Positions 52,662 to 64,000 of a stretch of DNA of 64,000 bases are shown here, in pieces. Within the stretch, counting starts at the first letter, position 1, and every line of letters begins with the position of its first letter. A program made the translations under genes and the position numbers. This stretch comes from the human T2T-CHM13v2.0 reference genome, Homo sapiens: NCBI RefSeq assembly GCF_009914755.1, contig NC_060927.1. One strand, 5' to 3'. Below the pieces are notes generated by a model that saw nothing but the letters and a program-made list of their open reading frames with translations, searched no databases and was not told where the DNA came from.

Positions 52662-54084
52662 TAAAGACTGATGGAGAAAATCATTACAGTTCATGGTTTC
52701 ACTATGACAAACATGCCATTTAGGCCATATTCTTGTTTATCTCAATCAAATAAAGTAATGGAAAATAAGTGAATGAATAAATGAATGAATGAATACATCA
52801 CAACCAAACTAAAACAATTCTTGTTGGCTATACACACCCTTCTAGGCTGTGCTACACAAGCTGACAGACAGCAGAAAGGAATTTCATGCTGGTCCAAAGA
52901 TATGTGGTTCCTTAAAGTATTGGTAAGTCATAAGTTGATAATTCAACTTTATGGCACCATCTGATTTCTTGTTGAAAAAAGCAAACTGTATTAGAATACT
53001 TTTTGCTTCAAATGATAGAGTCAACTCAATGTTGCTTAATTGAAGAATAAAAATATATAGAAGGGAATTTGATATTAGCTAATTCAACAAGCCGCCCCTA
53101 TTGTCAACAGTTGCCTCACACCCAAGCCTCCAGGATTCAAGCCAGGATAGAACCCTATTGTTTAAAAGGACTGGAGAATATGGGTTTGCTCATTCCAGCT
53201 CTCCCCATTTTATACTTACTCATAGCCTCTTTAGAGAACTGGATAATGGCTATCACACAAAGTGAGGCAATGTTTCCAACTCCTAACTGGTCAAAGGACA
53301 TGAGAGGCAGATGAGATCTTGGTAGAGTCAGGAAAATGAGGGCTGTCAAATAATTTCAGGATTATAAACTAACTTGAGAGTTTTAATATTTAAATAATTT
53401 ATTGATGCCTAAATGAAAAAATGGGACATTACCATTTGTTTTGTTTATATTTTAAAATATTTTAAGTACTCTAAAACATTTTTTATTGCAAATCTATACC
53501 ATTTCAAATTTATATGTTAACTTTTGGAAGCCAGTCTGAAATTTTAACCATAATTTGTAATTTGCTTTGTATATTTGGTTAAAGCCCTGTGGGCTGCCCA
53601 GATTAGAAATGGCTGGTGGTTAGTGGGGACCACTATCCACCTCCATAGCAAGAAGTTTGGTGTCTTCTCTTAATCCAAATCTTTTCCTCTTTACATGATC
53701 TTCAGGAATATTTGCTAGCTAAGAATATAATCGAATTCAGGGAGATTAATTTCAATCACCCCTAAACCTCCTACTAGGTCTGATTTGAGGAAAAGGAAAA
53801 GGACATTGGTAGGACACATTGTTTGGGGCGGCCAAGCAGCTGGGCAATCACTGGACTCCTGGAGGTGGAGCTGACTTGGCTCAAGAATTAACCTATCAGG
53901 AGTTATTTCTTTAAAAAGGACCCTGTGTAATCATTGGAGGTGACTGCCCTTTGGTCAGGACTGAGCATTAATTTAAAGACTTCTCATTCAGTGACAGGTG
54001 TGTGGGTAAGGGAGGAAAGAGAGAAAGGGAAAAGAAGAAGAAGACAGGGCCACAGGGACTGTGTGTGCATGAAAGGGAGAAGTG

Positions 54085-54156
54085 TGTAGTCTGGGTGTTG
54101 GCATTTCTAAAGCTTCCCAGGTGAGTCTATGTTGCAGCCAGCAGCAAGAACCAGAG
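54085..54156. mobile_element. MER5-family fragment
   Basis: gcatttctaaagcttcccaggtgagtctatgttgcagcc. Confidence 0.5.
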
Positions 54157-54527
54157 AATTGGGGTCATTCACTTTCTTAACATCAACACCAACCTTGTGG
54201 TTGGTTTTAAGAATATTTTCTTCTAGGAAACACTGTCCCAAAATAAGATAAGCGATGAGTGACAGACGTATCTTTCTTTTGCAAAGCCAGAGAATGTCCT
54301 TTGTGATAGGGTTGGTGGTGGTGGTGGTGAGTGGAATGTATACAAAGTTGTGAATCTGGAAACATTCCCTTAAGACCCTTCATCAGCTTCTTGGAATGCC
54401 TTTGAGTTCTCCAATGGGTATGTGGAGCACATTACTTTGAAGACCCCATATAAGTTTCAAAGAGCAGAGATTTTTCGATTTTGTTTGCTGCTGTATCCGC
54501 AGGGCCTAACCACCCATAATAGATGCT

Positions 54528-55097
54528 TGTGAGGGTTAATTTTCTGTGTTGACTGGGCTAAGGGATGCTCTGGTAGTTGGTAAAACATTATTTCTGGGTG
54601 TGACTGTGTGGGTGTTTCTGGAAGATTAGCATTTGACTCAGTAGACTGAATAAAGAAGATCCACCTTCACCAATGTGGGCAGGCATCATCTAATCATTGA
54701 AGATCCAGATAGACCTGGATAAAAGTGAAGGGAGGGTGACTTTTCTCTTTCTCCACTGGAGCTGAGACATCTACTCTTTCTTGCCTTTGAACATTGGGAG
54801 CTACTGGTTCTCAGACCTTCAAATTCCAGGATTTATACAGCCTTCCTTGCCCAGTTCTCAGAACTTTGACCTCAGACTAGGAGTTACACCCTTAACTCCC
54901 CTAATTCCCAGCCTTTTAAATTTGGACTAAATTACAAGACTGGCTTTCTTGAGTCTCTAGCTTGCAGATGACAGATTTTGGATCTTGTCAGCCTTCATAA
55001 TTATGTGAGCCAATTCCCATAATAAATCCTCCTCTTATACTGTGTATCTCTATATACCCTATTGGTTCTGTTTCTCTAAAGAACTCTGACTAACACA
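54528..55097 (+). mobile_element. MLT2B solo LTR inserted in an L2 3' end
   Basis: tgtgagggttaatttt..ggtaaaacattatttctgggtgtg...gaactctgactaacaca; TSD atgct/gtgct; L2 tail resumes caataagtatttgttgaa. Confidence 0.87.
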
Positions 55098-56059
55098 GTG
55101 CTCAATAAGTATTTGTTGAAAAATTAATGTTTAACACTAAATTCAAAGTGAATTTCAATCAACCATCCACACATATTCTATTTTCCATAATCAAATGAAT
55201 AAAGTAATAATGAAGGGACAGGAATAGCATAGTGAGGACTTTTTCCAAAGATGAAATTAAACCATTACTTTGTCAATAAGTTTTCATTTTGTAAAGCATG
55301 TTTCCTTTTTAGAAATTGAAAATGCACTAAATGCTCTGGGAAATTCTGTTCACATTTCCAAAACTTATTTCAACAATGAATTCATTTTAGATCTCACTTA
55401 AAATACGTTAACAGCCATGGAAACTAGTGATCTTAGAGCATGAGGAAATGAAGTTTTAGATGATTAAAATTAAAGATATATAATATAGATTATTATTGGG
55501 TTAGCACTGTTCAACTAGAAAATAAGAAAGTCTAATAAGAGAAGCCATCCACGCAAGGGTTTCTGAATATAAACAGTGAATTTTAATTTAAAAAAGAAAG
55601 TTTTGCAGTTTAGTTCTAATTGCTTCATTATTCAATTACCAGACAATTTTGGCTCTTAAGTAGAAAAATCTATAAAAAATTTTAAATTGATAATAAAGTT
55701 AATTTCATATCAAATTAAAATTAAGTAATGACATTTTTACTAAATAACTGTTAAATAAATGTATAATAACTTGATAATCATGGATATTTAAAAGGTTTGT
55801 TGATTTCTCATTCTCTGAGGGCAGTATTAATATTACTAGAGCTCGGGTAACAGGGAGAATGTTAATTTAATCACCTGATTAATTAAATTAAATTAAATTA
55901 AATAGTTGCAAAGAATTATTCTCTCAAAGTAAGTTGGTTTTCTGAAATTCCTTCTGTGGCAAAACAGTCTGAAAACATTTCAGCAGTGAGCATAAAGTAT
56001 GAAGAAAAGTAGTCATTTAAATATTAACTGAATAATATCATAAGGCCAAAATCCTTTGG

Positions 56060-56755
56060 GTTTATTCCTTATTCATTTACTTTTCTTCTGTCCAAATGTA
56101 TTTTAGTCCCCCCATTTCTTTCTACTTTTCCTGCTTCCACCTATTCTAAGACATTGTTACCCCTAGATTACTGTACCCACATCCCTGCTGGAAGTCCTGC
56201 TTAAACGTTTACCCCACAGAGTTTATTCTCTCAAGAGCAGCTAGAATCTCACTCTTAAAAGTATACCAGATTATGTCACTCTTTTCTTCTCAAGCCTCCC
56301 ACAATAACTCCAAAGTCTTCAATTCCTATGGTCTCCAAGACTCAGGATCTGATCCTCAATTACATGTCCAGCCCCATTTCTTGTCACTCTCTTTCAACAG
56401 TTCATCCATACAATGAGTGTCGATTCTAGAATATATTAAGTGTTATCTTGTCAAAGAGGCCTTCTATGACCATCACATCAAAAATATGTCTTTCCTTCCT
56501 CTCCCTTTGCCCTCTACCACTGCCTCTGTACACACACACTCCACCTGCTATTACCTTTTCCTGATTCATAGCGCTTATCACAATCTGGATTACCTTTCTT
56601 TACACATCTAGTTATTTGTTTATTGATTGTCTCTGCCACTAAAGTGTAAGATGTATGAAGGCATATTTTGAGCTGTCTTGTTGGTTGCTTCATCCCCAGC
56701 ACCTAAAACAGTATTGGTGAATACCATGCATTCAATAAGTATTCACTGAATACAT
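56060..56755 (+). mobile_element. L2 3' portion
   Basis: cctagattactg..cagattatgtcactc..atccccagcacctaaaacagt..tcaataagtattcactgaat. Confidence 0.7.
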
Positions 56756-56805
56756 TAGTAAATAAAATAATTTTAAACATGGAAATGCTTATTGTTGCAT
56801 TTAAT

Positions 56806-57137
<332 letters not shown>

Positions 57138-57346
57138 TAATCTTTCTTCTAAGTGGAAGAATTAACATTCATTTTACTTTATAACACTTAAAATGAGCAA
57201 GTCTAAGTTCATAACTAAGGAAATACTGCCATATAAAGGACTTGCTTCTTGCAGCAATCATGAAAGTTGTTTCAATTAGTAGTGAGCCTAACTTGTGATC
57301 AAAATTTGAAAAGTAACCATACATGCTACTTTAAAATATTTAACAT

Positions 57347-57859
57347 TGTGGTGGTTTTAAAACATACCCACAAATTCTGACCCCCTCGCCCCCAAAGATG
57401 CACTCTATCTTCCTTCCACGTAAGTGTGGCCCAGGCTTAGTGACCTGCTTTTCAGGAGTAGAGTGTAGTAGAATTAACAATGTATGGTTTGTGGGAGTTG
57501 GTCATAAAAGACATTGCAGCTTTCTCCTTGCTGTATCTCTGGAAGATGCCAGCTGCCATGCAGTGAGGACATACACACAGCCATATGGAAATACCATGTG
57601 CTAAGTAACAGAGGTCTCCTACAAACAGCCATATGAGTGAGTCTTCATGAAAATGTATCCTTCAGCCCTAGTTAGGCCTTCAAATGACTGCAGCCTGGGT
57701 GATGTCTCCACTACAACAGAGGGAGAAATTCTAAGCCAGAACCACCCAAACAAGACACTCTCAGCCTCAGGACTCACAGAAATTACACGGGATAATTTTT
57801 TTTTATTTAATCCATTAATCTGGGGGTAATTTGTTATGCAGCAATGTGTAACTAATACA
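57347..57859 (+). mobile_element. MLT1F-like solo LTR
   Basis: tgtggtggttttaaaacatacccacaaattc...ggtaatttgttatgcagcaat..taactaataca. Confidence 0.8.
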
Positions 57860-57914
57860 GAGATATAAGGTACTTTTCTCACTAAAAGAAGACATTCCTG
57901 AATCAGCCAATATG

Positions 57915-58070
57915 CCATTTTGGTTAATTTTTTTAACCTTTCTGAACTTCAGTTTCTCTATCTGAATAATGGGAATATTATCTATTTCACTGGTTTACTG
58001 AAAAAATTAAACAATTTATTGTAGTGAAAAATTCCTAGAACATTGTCTGATTAATTTTGGTTTACTTCCT
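57915..58070 (+). mobile_element. MIR
   Basis: ttaacctttctgaacttcagtttctctatctgaataatggg. Confidence 0.6.
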
Positions 58071-58372
58071 TTTTCATCAATGAGAAACCAACAAACATAC
58101 ATCATTTTGATTAATCTTCTCTTAAAATATTAATAAAAATTGAATAAAGCCTCAGAGTTACAGAGAGCCTAGTTTCTAAAAGTATCATGATACAAAATTT
58201 CATCTGCAAGCAATTTATTTAGAATATTCAATAGATTTTTACATAAAACTTCCATGTAAAATGAGTATAACACTTGAGAAGCCCACTAAAGCCTATTAAA
58301 TTCTCTAAAGTCCCTCACAATAGTTACATTACAAATAAATCAAAAATAACCCTAATGATATGGTAATATATT

Positions 58373-58804
58373 TGTAGAGGATGCTGTGCTCAGGTCCTCT
58401 TTGAAGGATTCATGCCCCAGCTGCTAGGCATGCTGCGTGCTGATAGCCCTCAGCTCTCTGTCCTCTCCAAGAATTATACTTAGCTGAAAATAGGCGTCTC
58501 ACCCAAAGTCACACCCTCTTCCCCTGGGCAGCCTGTATACCTTCACTGGTTCATGTGGAGCTATGTGTCCAGATTCCTTGCTCCAACTAAGTACAACTCT
58601 AAAGAGTTATCCAAGCTCCAGAGCTCCTTACGGGCTGGCTGAGGCCTTTGTTTTGACAGCAGGACAGCTTGATTTTCCATCTGCCCAGTCTTTCCTCCTT
58701 CCCTATAACCCACAGTTATTAATCCTGAGAGCATGCCCCAATACAGTTGCTGTAAGCAAATATCCATCTCAGAATTTGCTTCCCAAGGAATCCAAATTGT
58801 GACA
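58373..58804 (+). mobile_element. LTR16-family (ERVL) solo LTR
   Basis: ccccagctgctagg..gatagccctcagct..ccatctcagaatttgcttcccaaggaatccaa..gaca. Confidence 0.72.
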
Positions 58805-59185
58805 TTTTTTATTGTAGTGCACCTCATGCTTCACACTTTGTACCTCACCTTTAGGGGACTGCTAGGACTTCAGTCTAGTTATAGGGCTAGAAATCAAGAG
58901 AAGTGGAATTGTTGGTCCTCAGAAGACTCAGTCTTGTCTTTCATGGTGATTAGCTCAGGAGAAGCCATGACAGTTTGCTCAGGCAATACAGGGGTAATCC
59001 TCTCCGAAGGGGTCAAAAGAGATTCTCTAACACAAATGGTGTTGTTTAAGGAGTAGGAAATTTAATTAGAAGAGCACAGAGGAGCAGAGATTTTTGTGAT
59101 AATTTGCATGGTGATTTTGGGACAACTTCAAAAACTGTTAGAAAGCAGAGCATTTGTTGCTTATATGTATTTCTTTAAAAAATTT

Positions 59186-59680
59186 TATCCCACTTCTGGA
59201 TATATACCCCAAAAAATTAAAATTAGTAGGCCAAAGTGATATCTGTATTCCTATGTTCCTTGCAGCACTACTCACAATAACTAAGATAGGAAAGCAATCC
59301 AGGTGTCTGTCATCAGATGAACAGATAAAGAAAATGGGGTACATATCCACAATGGATTGCTATTCAACCTTATAAAAGGAGGAAATCCTGGCATCCACAA
59401 CACCACGGATGAACCTGGAGGACCTTACGCTAAGTGAAATAAGCCAGACACAGAAAGACACATATGACATGATCTCACGTATACATGGAACCTAAAAAAG
59501 TGGAAGTCATTAGTAGTATAATGGTGGCTGCCAGAGTCTTGGGCAGAGTCCTGGGTGGGAAAAGGGAGATGATGATCAAAGGGTATAAAGTTCAGTTAGA
59601 GAGGAGGAAGAATCTTTAGTGATCTATTGCACAGCATGGTGATTACAGTAAGTAACAATGCATTGTATATTTAAAAAAAT
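59186..59680 (+). mobile_element. L1MA 3' fragment
   Basis: atcccacttctggatatatacccc..ggatgaacctggaggac..gctaagtgaaataagccag..gatctattgcacagcatggtga. Confidence 0.85.
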
Positions 59681-59744
59681 GTTTTCTTAAAGCTAATGTA
59701 TCAGTAGCATGGTTGACTTAGGCATGCACAAATTATATTATGAC

Positions 59745-59900
59745 GGTATAATGTTGTAATTAAGATAGACTTTAGAACTTTAGAAATACAAGTTCAAATC
59801 CTAGTTATGCCACCCACTAGCTATAAGTCCTTAAACAAATTAGTTAGCCTTTCCTGGCTTTGATTTTAAATAGAAACATAAACAATAACTTAATACAGAA
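59745..59900 (+). mobile_element. MIR
   Basis: agttcaaatcctag..ccacccactagctataagtcctt. Confidence 0.55.
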
Positions 59901-61069
59901 GATGAACTTATTGAGAGAGTGTGGAGTTAGTAAGTCTTAGACTCAAAGAGAGTGTTGTGTGGCTATTCTCTTGCTCTCCTCGTAGGACTGGGCAGATTTG
60001 CCAAAAGAAGCACTGATAGAGAATGAGGACTTTTAAGAAAGCAAGATGGACATCTCTCTCTCATCTAGCTCGCTGTCCTAGCTAGACAGATGTCTGCAAA
60101 GCTGCAAAAATAGTCCAATCTATGCCAACACAGTGCTGGGGACTTGACTGCAAAGAATGATGCCTGCTTTTCTAAAAAACACACAAGATGGAAGGCAGCT
60201 GGAACTCTCTACAATGGCAGGGTAGGGGCAACAAGAGGTTGCACCCTACACTTTCATGTTAGAGTGGGGCAGAGTTGCCAGGTGAGTGTACAATAGCATC
60301 CAGATGTGAGCTCACTTGATGGGATCCTTACACAAGAGGAAATTGGGCATGGTGAAAAGATCAATTTGTTGAGGAAAGGACTGAGTGTGTGGAGCTCGCA
60401 AGTGGTGAGTTCAGTTAGGCAAATACACAGGACCATAATCTAAAAGTGTATGTGTGTGCTGTGGGGGAATGGTATTCTCAAAGAACATAACACACACTGC
60501 ATAAAAAAACCAGCACATAAATGTCTATCATGACTTAAGGGCACCAGTGGCCACAAATTGTGTAAGTCACAAAATATGTTTTGTCTTTTTCTTTTAATCT
60601 CTTATCTCCTCATTTTGATTCTGGAAGATCCAGAAGGGAAAAGAGATAAAGATAAAGACATCACGGATCACAGCCCAACTAAAATTGGCCAGGTGGAGTG
60701 AGGAGAACAGTATCTGAGGCTCAGTTTTGACACTGGACCACCTAAGGATTATTTATTCCTGAAAGTGAAAATTATCAAAAAATAAGACCGTTCTTACAAC
60801 TGAAAGTGACAAAAGAGCTGTTGTATCTTCCAGAGATGTTGTCAATGAGCAGGGAAAGGGGAGCCAACCGAGAAGAGTTGAAAGATGTGATAGGAGGAAA
60901 AAAATACCATTTTTTTTCTGATGCATATTTTGTGTTCAGTTCATTCAATAAATTAGAGTCAAAAGTTATGCTCAGAAAAGAAAAGAGAGACTGCTTATGA
61001 AACAAGTGTAGTTTGGAAAGACCAAAAAATGAAGGAAAGGGGAAAACAATGCTTCTTTGTAGCTAAGGA

Positions 61070-61306
61070 GTGTGTGTGTGTGTATGTGTGTGTGTGTGTG
61101 TATTAGTAAAAAGATACTGGGCGAGATGGTTCCCTGTGTGTGTGTGTGTATGTAAAAAGATACTGGGTGAGATGGTTCCCTGTGTGTGTGTCTGCGTGTA
61201 TAAGTAAAAAGATACTGGGTGAGATGGTTCCCCGTGTGTGTGTGTGTGGGTGTGTGTGTGTGTGTGTGTATGTCTGTAAGTAAAAAGATACTGGGTGAGA
61301 TGGTTC

Positions 61307-61351
<45 letters not shown>

Positions 61352-61380
61352 GTAAAAAGATACTGGGTGAGATGGTTCCC
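61070..61380. repeat. Minisatellite: five copies of a 29-bp core separated by (TG)n tracts
   Basis: gtaaaaagatactgggYgagatggttccc at 61106, 61152, 61204, 61280 and 61352. Confidence 0.97.
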
Positions 61381-62509
61381 TATCTGTGCACCAGTGAGAA
61401 TTATAAGATCAGGGCAGCTTTGGTGTTGTAGGAGGCAGTAACAAGGTTAGAAGAGGAAAATCTAGTTAGGAAGTTACTGCTAAGAAGATAAGTGATGTGC
61501 ACTTAGATATTCACATTTACTGGATGTTTCCTAGTTGGTTGTTCATGACCTGAGATGTGTCTATTTCTGGAAGAGAGTAAGCCACATGAAAAAGAAATTG
61601 AAAATATATTTCCTTGAAAACATAATCCAGGTTGCTAAATAACTTTTACCTACGCTGAATGCTTCATCAAAATCAATGATGCCTATAATCAGAAGTACCC
61701 CATTCTTGTTTAGTTTCCCTACTTTCTAACATCCATCAAGTCAGCAATGGATTATGAAAGTCTAGATCACGCTCAGGCACCTAATGTGACTATAAAGAAG
61801 CGATCTTCTCTCCTCAGTGGAATTACTCTTTTAATGTTCTTCCTTTCCAATTTACATTAGTTAGAAGCTGTTAAAGTAATGGTACAGGCATTAGAAAAAT
61901 AAAGAGAATATGGAAAGGAAGATTGCTTGTGTCTCTGTTTTATTCATCACACTGCCTGTTGAGTTTATATCACTGGCTTCAAATTTATCCAGTTTCTTTT
62001 CTTTTATGACTGGAGACATTAAGGGCAACCTGTCATCTCTGTAAAATAACATTTGTAGTACTCTCAATCTTCTCAGTGTAATCTTTAATAACTGTCTTAT
62101 GTTCAAGTTGACAGCAAGCAAGTAATAAAATGCCTAATATCATTTTATAGGTCACATAATGCAACAGTTTATTTTAGCTCAGCAGGGCAATAACAGGTAA
62201 CAGATAATGAAGTCACTATAGATTTGTATAATATAGTTTCTGAGTTGGCAACAGCTTCAGAAAAGGCTTAGAAATCATCTTTTAAGCTATGACAAAACAG
62301 AAGTGTATATCCCATTTCCTCTCTTTCTAATGATTCATAACACTAAAGTTAACTCAGAGGTGGTACACTTCAATGTTCACAGCTGATGTATGTTATTATA
62401 CAAACAAATCAACTTTTTAATGGGAAAGGATATCTTTCTCCCAGAACTTCAAATTATATAAGGGAAAGAAGCAATTATTCTACAACTATTTAGAAATACA
62501 AAAATATCT

Positions 62510-62890
<381 letters not shown>

Positions 62891-63589
62891 AACTTTGAGA
62901 AGGTCTTAGTCATTTATTACGGTTCATCTGCCTTACTTTATCTTCTTTATTAGTTGTAACATTGTTCTCTTAGATGCTCTTTCAGACAGTTGTACTATCA
63001 CTAGACACTGTGATGCTAATTCTATTCTTTTTTTCACCTAGTAATACTGTGTCTCTTCAAACGAATTGATACTTTGCATCAGTTTTAGTTCCAGCTTAAC
63101 ACTCTGAGCTACACTTTACCGCCTGTCCCTTCATGAGCATTAAAACCCGAGATACTGTCCTTAAGTCCTATATCCAAGTGTAGTAAACAGACATCTGAAT
63201 GTCTCTTTTTCCTTTTCTTTTTCTGTCTACTCCCCCACACCCCATTTCTCTTTCCCTCTTAAGCTCTACTAATTCACTTTACCAATTTAAAACTTTTTAT
63301 TATATTCTTTTGAGGATTTCTCCTAGCAGTTGGATCTGCCTGGCTTCCTACAGGTTCAACATGATCCATCCACACTCTGTCTATTTAGTGACATTTCTTT
63401 GATCTTTCTTTGGCTCTTCTTTTCCACATTTCCTCTCACATATGTGAAAGGCCTAATTCTCATAATAAATTTCTTTTTCTACATACTCCTAGTTAAACCC
63501 TGATTGAACTCTGACTGATAACTTTCTACAGCTGACACGTGAAGAAAAACATTACATTAATATTGGCATATGCACAACTGTGAAGAAAA

Positions 63590-64000
63590 TGCTTCTAGCA
63601 ACAAGTAACATGGGGCCCGCCCAAATAACAGTAGCACAGATCACAGTGACACTTAAAGTCAATTTAACAATAAATATGGAGGAAGGTGTCTCGGGATTGG
63701 TACAGACACTTCCAGATGCCATTACATATCCAGGTGCTATCTTTACTCTCCCTTACCCTCAGCTTTAACCTTGTTTTCATGCTCAGTGTTTTACTGTCAC
63801 AAGATGGCTGCCACATCTCTAAAATTATATGTGTTCAACTAGTAAAAGGATATAAAGATCTGGGCTAGCTACAGGTGTTTGTCGTGTTATAAAAATTAAC
63901 ATTTTAATAGATTCTCTCCCAACTAACTTCTCCTTATATCTCATTGGTTAGTACTGGCTACTCCCAGCTCCAACAGGGTCTGAGAAAATGAGATCACAGT
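63590..64000 (-). mobile_element. Old MLT1(J/K)-like LTR
   Basis: gtcacaagatggctgcc..aacttctccttatatctcattgg..ctgagaaaatgag. Confidence 0.55.

Noticed and set aside
59950-60760. Possible old LTR
   Set aside because: No terminal motifs or TSD that I could confirm.
61106-61380. CRISPR array
   Set aside because: Spacers are low-complexity (TG)n of unequal length, there are no cas genes, and the context is primate DNA.

Overview
Primate (human-like) AT-rich non-coding genomic DNA, almost wholly transposable-element derived. I found no host protein-coding exon, RNA gene or CRISPR array; the longer ORFs in the track are L1, HERV-L or Alu remnants. Main content: a decayed L1MA-type LINE (1-5.8 kb) carrying nested insertions; a THE1D MaLR element (24063-32753, TSD CTCCC) whose LTR is split by a near-complete MLT2A2/HERV-L provirus (gag-pro-pol-dUTPase, all disabled); a twin-primed, 5'-inverted L1PA; a second L1MA (47.3-50.8 kb); and many Alu, MIR, L2, L3, MLT/LTR and hAT MITE copies. 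The most unusual structures are a two-piece local templated duplication (45147-45492, copied from 49.4 kb and 48.4 kb), a polyadenylated MER41A LTR retrocopy, several templated-insertion scars, and a CRISPR-looking (TG)n/29-bp minisatellite. I see no convincing new biological system. Subfamily names come from recalled consensus sequences, were not computed, and need RepeatMasker/Dfam confirmation.
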